Shown: positions 1 through 12,945 of the stretch, in pieces
Layout: the number at the start of each line of letters is the position of its first letter
Numbering within the stretch: position 1 is the first letter of the stretch
Assembly: GCA_016748015.1 (NCBI GenBank)
Contig: JAAOMT010000479.1
Location: forward strand, 58,332 to 122,331
Length of the DNA stretch: 64,000 nt
Direction of reading: 5' to 3'
Origin: Geosiphon pyriformis uo1
Taxonomy: Eukaryota; Fungi; Glomeromycota
Translations under genes and position numbers: made by a program
Notes under the pieces: generated by a model
Databases searched by the model: none
What the model saw: the letters and a program-made list of their open reading frames with translations, nothing else
What the model was told of the DNA's origin: nothing

Positions 1-520
1 TAAGGCTGATTCTCTTTGCAAATTATACCTAGCTCTCAGTGTTATGATTAATTCAATTTTAATTTGGGCAAATCAATAATTTGTTAGATATAATTTTTTT
101 ATATAGCAAGAAATCTTATTTCTTCAGTGGATATTTTTTACATTTATATATGACGATACAATAAATTAACTCTTAGATAAAATTTGGGCCAACCTATCAG
201 TACTATTTCTGCACATTTAATAATTTCTTTAATTTTTAATTTTGTTTTAAAATTTAATTATATTTAAAATAATAAGATTAATTTAGTGTGAGTTGTATAT
301 TTTTCAAATTAAAAAATTGCTTTTTCAATCTAAAATTTTCAAAGTACAATAAAACTTTTCGGAATTTAGCTCAAGAAGACTTGTTATAGATACTTGAAGA
401 TTTTTAAATTTTCAGATAGAAATGCAAAGAGTTAAAGAGATAAAGCTATAAAAAAATGATTTTTTCAATGATAATATAAAATTGTTTGAAGCTTAAGAAA
501 TTAAGATTTGGGAGACGCAA

Positions 521-540
521 NNNNNNNNNNNNNNNNNNNN
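521..540. other. Assembly gap (N run)
   Basis: 20 N bases. Confidence 1.
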
Positions 541-1194
541 TTATAGGTTTTTGAGTGGTAGGCATGATTGCGGTTTTATTTGCAAAAAAATCTTTTGGTA
601 GCTTTCGACCTAAAGACACTATAAACCAACCTGGATCTTGTATATACGCTTATTTTGATTGAAAGATCAATTAGTATTAGGCCATTTATTTTAATATCCA
701 TCGATAGTTGCAGATGAGATAGAGTATACAGCATTTAGAACTTTGAAAAAAGAATAAAAAATGGTTGAGCTAAGTGAAAAACATGAAAACAAATTTTATG
801 CCATTTTTTTAAGTTATAACAAGCATTAAATGCTAAAAAGAAGCAGTAAATTCTGCCTTCCCTTTTATATTATCATATTATACATTCTTTATTCTACATC
901 TTTTTTTAACTCTGATGAGGATAAGCAATTTTCCCCTTTAAATTAGCGAAAATCTCACAGCACGAACCATTTATAAGTTTTAATGCTTGTAAATACTCAC
1001 AGAAAGCTTTGATTTTCACATCCTCTAAATCATTATTATTGCGAAAAGAATTTTTTTTTGGAGGTGATTAGCTTTTAATTCGGCTGTGAAGAATTGTACA
1101 TGTATAAAAGTAAGAATATCGGATAATTGGATTTTAGATATTTTTTAGTTCAATTTAATTTCTTTATTTAGTAAATATAGCAATAAGCTTTCTA

Positions 1195-1866
1195 NNNNNN
1201 NNNNNNNNNNNNNNNNNNNNNNNNNNNNNNNNNNNNNNNNNNNNNNNNNNNNNNNNNNNNNNNNNNNNNNNNNNNNNNNNNNNNNNNNNNNNNNNNNNNN
1301 NNNNNNNNNNNNNNNNNNNNNNNNNNNNNNNNNNNNNNNNNNNNNNNNNNNNNNNNNNNNNNNNNNNNNNNNNNNNNNNNNNNNNNNNNNNNNNNNNNNN
1401 NNNNNNNNNNNNNNNNNNNNNNNNNNNNNNNNNNNNNNNNNNNNNNNNNNNNNNNNNNNNNNNNNNNNNNNNNNNNNNNNNNNNNNNNNNNNNNNNNNNN
1501 NNNNNNNNNNNNNNNNNNNNNNNNNNNNNNNNNNNNNNNNNNNNNNNNNNNNNNNNNNNNNNNNNNNNNNNNNNNNNNNNNNNNNNNNNNNNNNNNNNNN
1601 NNNNNNNNNNNNNNNNNNNNNNNNNNNNNNNNNNNNNNNNNNNNNNNNNNNNNNNNNNNNNNNNNNNNNNNNNNNNNNNNNNNNNNNNNNNNNNNNNNNN
1701 NNNNNNNNNNNNNNNNNNNNNNNNNNNNNNNNNNNNNNNNNNNNNNNNNNNNNNNNNNNNNNNNNNNNNNNNNNNNNNNNNNNNNNNNNNNNNNNNNNNN
1801 NNNNNNNNNNNNNNNNNNNNNNNNNNNNNNNNNNNNNNNNNNNNNNNNNNNNNNNNNNNNNNNNNN
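1195..1866. other. Assembly gap (N run)
   Basis: Long N run; the 256-aa ORF-track entry spanning it is an artefact. Confidence 1.
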
Positions 1867-4800
1867 ATTAAATTCCGAATTTTATTAGATAAAACAATTA
1901 TAAATAACAAATAACATTTTTGATTTACATACAAATAATGCTTTTACTATTGAAAAAAGAAACGACTAGCTCTTTATAAAAATTAAATCCATAATATGAA
2001 TTATCAAAAATATTTGTTTATTCACAAACATAAAAAATTGGTTCACATTTGATAATTCACAATTAATAATAAAATCATGTAAAGCAGATTTATTTGTTTC
2101 AAAATTTCTAATAATGTTAATATATTTATTTTAAAATCTGAAAATTTTTGTATTTTTTTTTTAAGTTTGCAATTTATTCTTTTATCTAGATATTTAAAAT
2201 ATCATATTAATAAAACATATATAAATATTTATTTCAAAAATTTATGCTAATATGTACATATTACATGTTTATTATAAATTAAAATTAAGATTTTTTAGAC
2301 AATGAAAATGTTAACCATGCAGAAATTGAAATAATAATGAAAACACTTTTGGCAAATTATATAATTGAATCAAAATAGTTATATTAGTTTTTACCTACTT
2401 TTATTAAATATATATATTTTTATTTAAGAGGATCATTTTGTTCAACAAATAAAAAGTAATTAGTTGATAGTATGATGTGAAATTTTTCTCAAAATCAGAA
2501 AACAATGAGATTTTTGGATATTTTTTAACAAGCATGTTATAGGTTATTGTTTTTATTCAGTTTGAATCAATCAACAAATTATTGTCATTGAATTTCACAA
2601 ATAAATAAGTTGATAAAATTTATGTTCAAATTGCAAGTACAAATGGACAATTATTATTAGAAATTTTATTAAATAGATGTTATATTCAACTTTCTTAAAT
2701 CACAAACTCAAGGAATTTATTAAGGCTCTTAAATATTCTATGATAAAAAGTAGTTTTATCATTATAGAAGAATTTTAATAAAATTGAAACAGGAAACATA
2801 TGAAAAACAAGTGATCTTTTTAATTAATAATGATTATTCGCAGATGTTTTCAAATGTTCTGTACTTGCTTTTGCTTCTTATTACAAAATAAAACAGATTT
2901 GCAAAATATAAATAAGAATTAATAAGTTATTGGTCTTGCAAAACTTCATCCAACTAGAACAATTTTTTCAAGTTTCATATTCATTGTTAGTTAATTCATT
3001 GCGACTTTGGTATTATGTGCACAAGCACAAATATTTTCCAGTAAATTACCTGGTATATCTACATCAAAGATAGTTTAATCACAATACTTATAAAATTATT
3101 GTAAAGTTCTACTGGGCTAATATCATTATTGGTGTTTTTTCTTAAAAGAAAAATTATTATTACCTTGTGTGTTTCGGCTTAAAAAGTTAGTGTTTATGTA
3201 GAGAGATGAACTTAATGAGTTGATTTGGTTTAATCAAATGATGTGTTAATTTAGGAATGTTCAGTCAATAACAATTAGAAATTACTTTAGTGTGAATTTT
3301 AATTAGAGCAATTTTCTCAAGATAAAAAATAACTTTTTTACTATAACTTTATTGAAAAACTAACGTCTACCAATTGATTGCATAACCTTTTCTTTTATAA
3401 CTTTATACTTTTCGGCATTGAGTCAATAAATTGAAGAATTGTCTTTTATGGAATAGCATTACATGCAGTAAAGAGCCAGCTTCTGTTTGTGGCTTTCGGT
3501 TTTGGTGAATCCAATTTATAACTTCCCTTTACATATTTTTTATTAGCGATTATACAGGCCATCCAAAGTCGCAACTCCAAGATTACCTTGGTTTTTTACA
3601 AGCTTGCACTTGTGAATTAGAGTAATATGCCCTTAAAATATTGCTTTTCAGCAGCACGAAATTTTTTATATGAATCGGTATTTATAAAAGGTTCATCTGT
3701 CGAAGGAATTTTAGAATTTAGCTGTTTGATTCGGTTTACATGATGAATTATTAGTTTCTTATGCATTATAAAAGATTCCTTTAGTTTTCATTAAAGTTTT
3801 AATTGACATAGGATTTTAGATTTTAGCATCTTTCTTATTGCTCGATTTTTTTATCAATAATAGATTTTCAACCACTATCGTTTCTTTTTAAATAATCACT
3901 ATTTTGTTCGTTCTAATTATTTAAGACAACTTTTAACACAAGTAGCGTCCTTCTAATAGTACGCGCAATTCTTGCAGTGGACCTTTTTTTGAACATTTTT
4001 GCGTTATAACATTTGTTTTTACTAAAATCTTTTGGCAACCCATTGTATATACATTTCGAATTTTCAAGTCGCTCTTTAAATAAAAATATATTAAATAAAG
4101 ACGAATTTCTTTTATTATTAAAAATAACCACCCAGTACAATTTTAAGGAAATCGTCTTAATATTGAATTATTATTTATGATAAACTTTCGAGTTTTAAAG
4201 CTTATTAAGATTTGTTATTTCATGGAAAGTTTTATAAGAATAAATTGAAAATCAAGGTCTTCACAAAGACATAAAATTAGATATTGGAATTAATAAAAAA
4301 GATGAAGTTTCTGAGATTTCCATGAAAATTCATAAGTATTTTAGTTAGAAACTTAGTTGCGATTTAAAAAAATTTCTAAATATAAAAAATTGCAATCCTT
4401 TTGAATTCTAAAATGAAATTCATCAATGTTTTGAGATTTTGTTATTGGATTCGGCCTTGAACTCTAGTTTTTGGATTATAAAAATGGAAATATGTTTAAT
4501 GCAATAATTTAAATCGTTGGAGATAATAATTTACTCAAAGAAATTCATCATCATTGAAAATTGATGGTGCTAAATTTCATGAAAATTATGCTTATATCAG
4601 AATATTAAATTTTATACATCTTCTTGCTAGGAATTATCACATGGAACAGTTATTTTTCGCATATCTATTTTTAAAGCCTTTTAATAAAATCCGAGAGAAC
4701 CAAATTCTCTGATAAGCTCTATTATAAAATAGCAAGTTAAAGGTATTTCTTACGTTACAAAGAATTGATTTTAGCAAAGTAGTGTTAATTTTCACTTTTA

Positions 4801-5075
4801 AAATTCTTTAATCAGAAATCTAAAAACACATGAAAATAATAATAATCTAGTCAAAGGGGCTTTGATATGGAAAATTTAAAATGTGGCATTGCTCGAAATC
4901 TATCAGGTTTTTTATTTTCGAAAATGCTTAGCACAGGCTTTGGTATTATCAACAAAAATCGAAGTTTTAAATGAAAAGAAGCTCAAATTCTTGATACTTT
5001 TTAAAAAAAAAGTTTTGCAATTTGACCTTATTTCATATATTGACTTGAATCTTGCAACATAGGAAATACTTTTAA

Positions 5076-5691
5076 ATGGGTAAAATATATTTGGTTTCTC
5101 TTATCCAAAGTTTTTTTTTATTCGTTTTTCTCTTGAGAAATGCTACAGCTTTTACGGGCGTAGAGGATAAAAGGTTGGTTGATCTATTAATTTGATAAAA
5201 AATACGGCATAGAATTATTTTCATTTTAAATTTTGATGAATTCCCTGACATTTAACCTGTATGAAATAGTGTTTTTTTACCCGAAATTCGAGTCTGCCTT
5301 TCAAATGGCATCGTTAGCTCTGCCTATTCCGTCAAAAACACCCATGAACCAAATGGCACCGTTACCTCTACCTATTCCTCCCTAATTACCCATAAACCAA
5401 CTAACACTAATAGTGGTAATGGGAATGGTAATGGGAATGGTAATAATAATTGGGAATATGACTCCCCGTGGACTTCTGGTGGCGAAGAAATTGCTTGGTG
5501 AGATTTTTATTAACCATTTGATTAAATCGATAAATTGCTCGTTCTGATTTATACATATTTAAAGGGGTAGAAAAAGACGATTCAACACTTAGTAAGCATC
5601 GATTTATTTGATTTTGTTTACTTGACCACATCTTATATTTATGTTTATCGTAAACAGTCAGCCAACACCAACTTGTTATACATATCCGTAA
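5076..5691 (+). CDS. Small secreted protein, copy 1 (128 aa, 4 exons: 5076-5173, 5270-5497, 5565-5591, 5658-5691)
   Basis: Manual splicing over three GT-AG introns (96, 67, 66 nt, all phase 2) gives an uninterrupted 387-nt frame: MGKIYLVSLIQSFFLFVFLLRNATA-FTGVEDKSVFLPEIRVCLSNGIVSSAYSVKNTHEPNGTVTSTYSSLITHKPTNTNSGNGNGNGNGNNNWEYDSPWTSGGEEIAWGRKRRFNTYQPTPTCYTYP*. It has a hydrophobic N-terminus with an A-X-A cleavage motif, and the splice sites are conserved in copy 2. Confidence 0.8.
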
Positions 5692-7777
5692 CAAATGTCT
5701 ACTCCCAACCTCTGCTTTTTTTATCAACATAACGTCGGAGTTTCTTTAACTGGTTCATCCGAATCGGAAAAACAAAATCATCTCTCTTTCTCCTGGACGA
5801 TTTCCGATTGAATATTCATTTGAGAGTTACGATAATGGGTTGGATATATTTCTTGTTTGATTTATAATTTGGAGATTCATGATAAATTTTGGCTATAAGT
5901 TTGTGTTTTAATTTTCTCTTTGAGCTACCTATTGACTATCAAAAGTCAATTCCAAGATTACCTTGGAGTTTTTTACAAGCTTGCACTTGTGAATTGGAGT
6001 AATATGCTCTTAAAATATTGCTTTTCAGCAGTAATATAAGATTTCCATATGCTTCACCAGTTATACATGAGGGGTACAAATCAAATTATTCAAATCTTGT
6101 CCATGATATATTTATATCTATTTTAACAGGTGCTCGTGTATTATCAGGGTCGAAAAGCTCATTTTTGTGACATTGTATATGAAATAATTGATATGAATAG
6201 AAGGTTCGTCTGTCCAAAGAACTATGTTTTAGAATTTAGTTGTTTGATTTGGTTTTGTTGATGAAATATTAGTTTCTTATGCATTATAGAAAATTAATAT
6301 ATTTATTTAGTTTTCAATAAATTTTAAGTGGAACGTTTTTTGTTACTAAATATAATCGCCCAGTGCAATTTTAAGGAAATCGTCTTAATATTGATTAATT
6401 TTTTGTGATTAACTTTCGAGTTTTAAAGGTTATTAAGATTTGTTATTTCATGAAAAGTTTTATAAGAATAAATTGAAAATTCAGGTCTTCATAAAGACAT
6501 AAAATTAGATATTGGAATTAATAAAAAAAGATGAAGTTTGTGGGATTTCCATGAAAATTCATAAGTATTTTAGTTAGAAACTTAGTTGCGATTTATAAAA
6601 TTTTCTAAATATAAAAATTTGTAATCCTTTTGAATTTTAGAATGAAATTCATCAATGTTTTGAGATATTGTTATTGAATTCGGCCTTGAACTCTAGTTTT
6701 TGGATTATAAAAATAAAAATATCTTTTAATGCATTAATTTAAGGAAAAATACATGAGTTTTTCATCTTCCGAATTTTTATTCCAATATTGAAAATTGATT
6801 CTCGATCTCAAAAGTTTCACACTCTTGTGATAAATTAAGCAAATTACCTTTTTTTTTGTATATGTTTTATTATTTTCAAAAAAAAATTATTTTATTTGTA
6901 CAACTCGATTTAAGTTATTGCTTTTATCTTTGAAATTTATAAAAAATATTGAATGAAATAATAATTTTTCGACATAGTCAATAGGATCTAGTTTTTATAA
7001 TTCTGTAGATATTCAAATTTTGAAAAAAAATCAAGATATTCTGTAATTTTATATCGTACCAGTTTTGTAATATCAATAGTAAGGATTCCTAATTTAAGTA
7101 TGAATATATTCTTAAACAAATGAAATCGTTAGAGAGAATAATTTATTTAAAGAAATTGATCATTATTAATGTTAAATTTCATGAAATTATGTTTGGGGCT
7201 CATAAAAATTAAGTCCATCTTTTTCTATCCCTATGCTGTATATCAGAATATTTAAATTTAATCTAAAAATCTCGATTGACTAATTATTTTTATATGTCTT
7301 CTTGCTAGGAATTATCACATGAAAAAGTTTTGTTCAGTTGTTTGTCATATATATTTTAAAGCCTTTTAATTAAATCCGAAAGAACTAAATTCTCTGAGAT
7401 AAACTCTATCATAAATAGCAGGTTACAAAGAATGGATTTTAGCAAAGTAGTATCAATTTTCATTTTTAATAATTCTTTAATCAGAAATATAAAAACACAT
7501 GATAACAAAAATCTAGTCAAAGGTAAAATTTAGGGGCTTTGATAAAGAAAATTTAGAATTTTTCATTGCTCGAAATCTACCACGGCTTTTATTTTCGGAA
7601 ATGCTTAGCAGACATGCACTGCTTGTTTATTTCAGGCTTTGGTATTAGATCAATAAAAATCGAAGTTTTAAATGAGAAGAAGCTCAAACTCTTGATACTT
7701 TTAGAAAAAAAAAGTTTTAAAATTTGACTCTATTTAATATATTGACTTTAATCTTGCATCATACGGAATACTTTCAA

Positions 7778-8342
7778 ATGGGCAAAATATATTTGGTTTC
7801 TCTTATCCAAAGTTTTTTTTTATTCGTTTTTCTCTTGAGAAATGCTACAGCTTTTACGGGCGTAGAGGATAAAAGGTTGGTTGATCTATTAATTTGATAA
7901 AAAATACGGCATAGAATTATTTTCATTTTAAATTTTGATGAATTCCCTGACATTTAACCTGTATGAAATAGTGTTTTTTTACCCGAAATTCAAGTCTGCC
8001 TTTCAAATTGCACCGTTACCTCTACCTATTCCTCCCTAATTACCCATAAACCAACTAACACTAATAGTGGTAATGGGAATGGTAATGGGAATGGTAATAA
8101 TAATTCGGAATATTACTCCCCGTGGACTTCTCGTGACGAAGAAATTGCTTAGTGAGAATTTTATTAACCATTTGATTAAATCGATAAATTGCTCGTTCTG
8201 ATTTAAACATATTTAAAGGGGTAGAAAAAGACGACGATTCAACACTTAGTAAGCATCGATTTATTTGATTTTGTTTACTTGACCACATCTTATATTTATG
8301 TATATCTTAAACAGTCAGCCAACACCAACATGTTATACATAA
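7778..8342 (+). CDS. Small secreted protein, copy 2 (92 aa, C-terminally truncated paralog or recent pseudogene; exons 7778-7875, 7972-8151, 8219-8248, 8315-8342)
   Basis: Same exon structure. It lacks 48 nt in frame in exon 2, and Trp TG|G became TA|G at the exon 2/3 junction, a stop whether spliced or not. The downstream exons still read GRKRRRFNTYQPTPTCYT*. Confidence 0.7.
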
Positions 8343-9130
8343 TTGTAACAAATGTCTACTCCCAACCTCTGCTTTTCTTATCAACATAACGTCGGAGTTT
8401 CTTTAACTGGTTCATCCGAATCGGAAAAACAAAACCATCTCTCCTTCTCCTGGACGATTTCCGATTGAATATATATTTGAGAGTTACGATAATGGGTTGG
8501 GTAAATTTCTTGTTTGATTTATAATTTGGAGATTCATGATAAAGTTTGGCTGTAAGTTTCTGTTTTAGTTTTCTCTTTTAGCTGAACCAATTGACTATCA
8601 AAAGTTCATAGTTCAAAGACAAAACAAAAAGATTGGGCAAAAATTGGACGTATTATGTTTTCTGTGCAAAAGTATTTTTTGAATACAGTGCAAGATACTT
8701 AAAACTATAATCACGTGAACTTGTCCCATTTCGAGAGCAGAATTTACATTGGACGAAAAAATTGATTTATGCATTTCAATTTTTAAATAATACATACTCT
8801 TCAGATTATCAGCTTTAATGAAAGTTATAATTTCAGATGAAGTTTTAACTGAATTTTAATTAGAAAAATACTCATCATTTCAGCCGTCGCGCGAATCCAA
8901 TTTGTTGAGAGCCCTATAAAAAAAGAAATCTGACAAGTTTCCATTTAAGTTTTTATTATAAAAAATATTACCTGATATCCACGCCGTGCGAATTCAATAT
9001 AAACAATCCATTAAGTTTTTATGAATTTTCTTAAATTATTAATTATAATTATTGTTATCAAACTTATATTGTATAGATGCATTTAAAAAAACTGAACTTG
9101 TAACATGCCCTTTATGTAAACCCGTCTATT

Positions 9131-9735
9131 TTAGCTAATTTTCCTATTTATAAACACGTCCAATTGGTCTTGACGATACAATTGCATATATCCCCATGGT
9201 TTCTGAGCAAACTTTCTAATCGTAATAATGCTCAGTGAATCAAGTGCTCGTGGAACAGTTTCCTGCAAGCCAACCCAGGTGTAATAACACTGGTTTTTGT
9301 ATAACCTATAGCTGCCCCCCAATACATTTTGAAGAAGTTCAGCTCACAATAGAAATTTGGATAAAAAACCCATAAATGGCCAGCACCTTCATTAATTCTA
9401 CAATAGCCGATTTTTGCATAACAAAACTTGATTGAGAGGCTATAACATTTTTTGCGCAGCATTACACTTGTGAAGGTTTCTCAGCTAACTTTTTTTTTAA
9501 ACTCTGATAATCTAAAATAAATTTTCACAGACTTCTTCCAAAAGTTTTCTAATTCTTTTTGGCTCTTCTTGTAAAACAGGGTTCAGGTAATCTTCTTCGA
9601 ATACCATTTGCTAGGTTATTTTTTGTCCTTCGATATTAATAAACTTGTTGGTCTCATTATGAATTGCCTTCCTCTAAAACCTAGGTCCATTTTTCTTGTG
9701 ACAAGAGCATCTTTGGTATATACTGCATGATTTCC
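9131..9735 (-). pseudogene. Tc1/mariner-IS630 superfamily transposase remnant (fungal FHCELN type)
   Basis: Frameshifted peptides HAVYTKDALVTRKMDLG, QMVFEEDYL..EEPKRIRKLLEE, GHLWVFYPNFYCELNFFKMYWGAA (decayed PKFHCELNxIE motif) and YTWVGLQETVPRALDSLSIITIRKFA. No TIRs identified. Confidence 0.75.
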
Positions 9736-11182
9736 ACCACTTCCATTTTTCTTCTTTTGCAATGACACTTTCATACCTGGAATCCAAATCTCTTTTTTTC
9801 TATCATTAAAATAAATAAAATTGTATTACATTTGTGTGACAGCCTATTAAGTGTTATACACTATGCATATGGGCTAAATGATCCAAATATTTTTCTCAAT
9901 GCTTATTCTTTTAAGAAAAATGGTTTCTTGGCTAATATAATATAATAAATTATGAAATATTTATATCGGATTTAAAAACCCGAAACTGATTTTCACAAAT
10001 GGTTACATATTATTGCGTCAATTTTTCCCAAAAATATTTGGCAAATGAAACATTGGAAATTAAATAGCGTTCATTTGGGTATTTAGATGCAACAAATTTA
10101 TCAAAATTGTAATATTTTCTTATCAAAAAAATTAAATTTGTAAATTTTTTAACTTATATAAATAGGTATTTAATCTCAAGTTTATTTAGAACTGTATAAA
10201 AAATAGAGTCTTTATTAAAATGCAATATATTATGAATATTTGATTACAATATATTTGTTGACTTAATATTTAAAAATTGACATATATATAAATTTTATTT
10301 TTTATTAAAAATGAAAGCTATTTAATGAACCTTATCACGCTTCAAATCGAAAAATTCAAATTTTGTGGTATAAAAAAAAAACTTTTAAAAAATTAATAAA
10401 AAAAGAGCTTTAATTCAATTCAAGCATCTAATATAATTTTCGATTTAAATAAAATTTAACAGTAATTGGTAAATCAAAAAGTCAATCAAATTCAATTTGG
10501 AACCAAATATAATAAAAGATGAAAATAAGTTTGTTAATTTAAATCCAAACCAAAATTTTTATAGTTTATTTAATTATATTTTTTATAACTAACTATAATA
10601 ATACTTTTTTCTATTTTCTGTAAAAAATCACACAACATAGTTTTAAATCATATATATATATATTAAAAATCATTTCAAATTGGAAAATAAAATAAAATAA
10701 CCTTTTTAAATCCAGTTGAAATTTTGTAAAAATACTACTTTATTAATATTTTCAATTACTTGCAATGTTGACTCTTGTTTTAATATCAGTACAGTATTAA
10801 AAATATTTGTTAATAAATTAAAATTTTATTATATTTTCAATTTTTGTATTTTGATTTTCTTTGTTGTATATATGCTGTAAACTTTTTAAAATGTGTTGTT
10901 GTATGTTAACAGAAATTTTTGCTTTATAAACAGTGTGTAGTTGCAAAATATTTTAAATTTTAACTAAAAACTAAACTTTTTGAAAATTGAACCAGTTCAA
11001 GATTTTTAATTTTAAAAAGTCATATTTTGTGTAAAAATTTAATATCAGTTTATTTAAGTTATTTGATTTATGTTTTTTTAAAAATTGCATATATTCTAAT
11101 AATATTATGTAAAATTTTTACAAAATAAAAAGCTAATTTGTGAAATAATTATAAATAAATTTATTCTAGATTAATTTTTATA

Positions 11183-12945
11183 AAATTAATAGATAACAAG
11201 AAAAAATAATTAAATTAGTTAGAATTCAATATATAAAATTAGTTTTATAAATATTTCAGTTGTTATTCTTTTTAAAAAGCAACAAAAAAATTTGAAAATA
11301 GAAAAATAATTCATATTATTAACAAAAAATAAAACATTAATATAATTTTATGTCTTATATTAACACTTTTAAAATTTAATATTAGGTATTAATTGTATTT
11401 TTTAGTAAATATTTATTTAATATAGTTTACAAAAACTAAAAATTATACAAATTAAGAAAAAAAAATAGTAAAAAAAAATATAAAAGTTAATATTATTATA
11501 TTGATCTTTGTTAAATAAGTTTGATTTGAATACCAATTAATTTTAATAGTTTTGTAAAGTTTTGCCTATATACTAAAAAAAATCAATAATTAAGTCAATA
11601 ATTATATCAATAATTTGGTTAATAATTAAATTAATAATTAAATTAATAATTGAATTAATAATTAAGTTAATAATCAAGTTATTAATTAAATTATTAATTA
11701 TATTAAAAATAGAGTGATTAATTAATATATATAACTAATTGTAACTAAATAAATAATCAAAAGTAAAAAATAAAAGTTTTAATTATAATAGTATTCTTTT
11801 CAAAAAAATAAGCTTTAAAATAAATTAATTAAGAAAAAATTTGAAATTTCTATTTTAAAATTAACTAATTTGTTAAAATTCTTGGTAAATAAGATATATA
11901 ATAACTATTGTAATATTAGTTTTAAATTTAAGAAATCAAACTTTTGTATAAGTATTTTCGATTTTTTTGTAATAATCAAAACTTTCAAACATCTAAATAT
12001 ATAATGCTTAAGATTTTGATTTAAATTTTTAAAGTTGTTTTTTTAAAAGTTTTATATTTTTTATGATTTTCAATAATATTTAATTTATTTTTTATATGAC
12101 GATTTTTTGTTTATAAATAAAATTTCTTTTATTATTTTTTTAAGTTTATTAAAAAGAAAAAATATTCTGGCAATTATATATTTAAGCATATACTTTTTTA
12201 TTTTGTTGTTAATTTTTGTAAATTAATAACAAAGTATATTTTAATTTTATTGTTACCATCAAATATAATATGCTAATAGATAGCAAGAAAAAATAATTTT
12301 GTATAATAATAAAATAATTAAAGAGTAAATAATCTTTAACAAATAAATTGAATTAATAAGAATTCAATATGTGAAATTCCTCTTATAAATATCTTAGTTA
12401 TTATTTTTTCTAAAAAATAATAAAAAAATTTAAGAATAAAAAAATAGTTTATACTGTTAACAAAAAATAATATACTAATATAATTTATGTTTTATGTTAA
12501 TATTTTTAAAATTTAATATTAAATATTGGTTGTATTTTTTAATAAATATTTATTTAATATAGTTTATAAAAACTAAAAATCAAAAAAAAAATAGTAAAAA
12601 AAATAATAAAATTAATATTGTTATATTAATCTTTGTCGAATAAATTTAAATTAAATATTAATTAATTTCTATAGTTTTGTAAAGTTTTGCTTATATATTA
12701 AAAAAAATCAATAATTAAGTTAATAATTACATTAATAATTTGGTTATTAATTAAATTAATAATTGAATCAATAATTAAGCTATTAATCAAGTTATTAATC
12801 AAATTAATAATTATATTAATAATTAATTTTAAAAATAAAATAACTAATTAATATAATTAATTATAACTAAATAAATAATAAAAAATAAAAGTTTTAACTA
12901 TAATACTATTCTTTTTAAAAAAATTTAACTTTAATAAAATAAAAA
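11183..12945 (-). mobile_element. Heavily decayed, internally deleted LTR retroelement (family C) in tandem LTR-int-LTR-int arrangement; LTRs ~11183-11790 and 12264-12905
   Basis: ~600-640 bp direct repeats. On the minus strand the 12264-12905 LTR is followed by TTTGATGGTAACAATAAAATT, which matches the tRNA-Leu PBS TTTGGTGGCAGCGGTGGGATT by transitions only. Both LTRs are preceded by the same PPT-like AAAAGAATA(C/G). Confidence 0.6.

Larger units (their letters stand above)
3565..8605 (+). repeat. Tandem segmental duplication, unit A ~3565-5945 and unit B ~5941-8605
   Basis: Colinear matches such as 3575-3650 vs 5952-6030, 4130-4510 vs 6358-6740 and 5076-5940 vs 7778-8600, with indels. Homology starts and ends at a shared AAAGT at the junction. 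Confidence 0.93.

Noticed and set aside
1164-1934. 256-aa ORF
   Set aside because: Almost entirely an N gap.
3617-3766. 49-aa minus-strand ORF MHKKLIIHHVNRIKQLNSKIPSTDEPFINTDSYKKFRAAEKQYFKGILL
   Set aside because: Looks protein-like and may be a repeat-derived fragment, but the duplicate at ~6000-6285 is disrupted and I cannot assign it.
5407-5730. Minus-strand ORFs ending HSHYHSHYHY (also 8061-8288), superficially His-rich metal-binding peptides
   Set aside because: Antisense shadow of the NG-repeat exon; the plus-strand spliced model has a signal peptide and conserved splice sites.
8880-9000. Two CG-rich motifs (GCCGTCGCGCGAATCCAA, GCCGTGCGAATTCAA) next to the Tc1-like remnant
   Set aside because: Could be subterminal repeats, but no matching inverted partner or TA target duplication was found.
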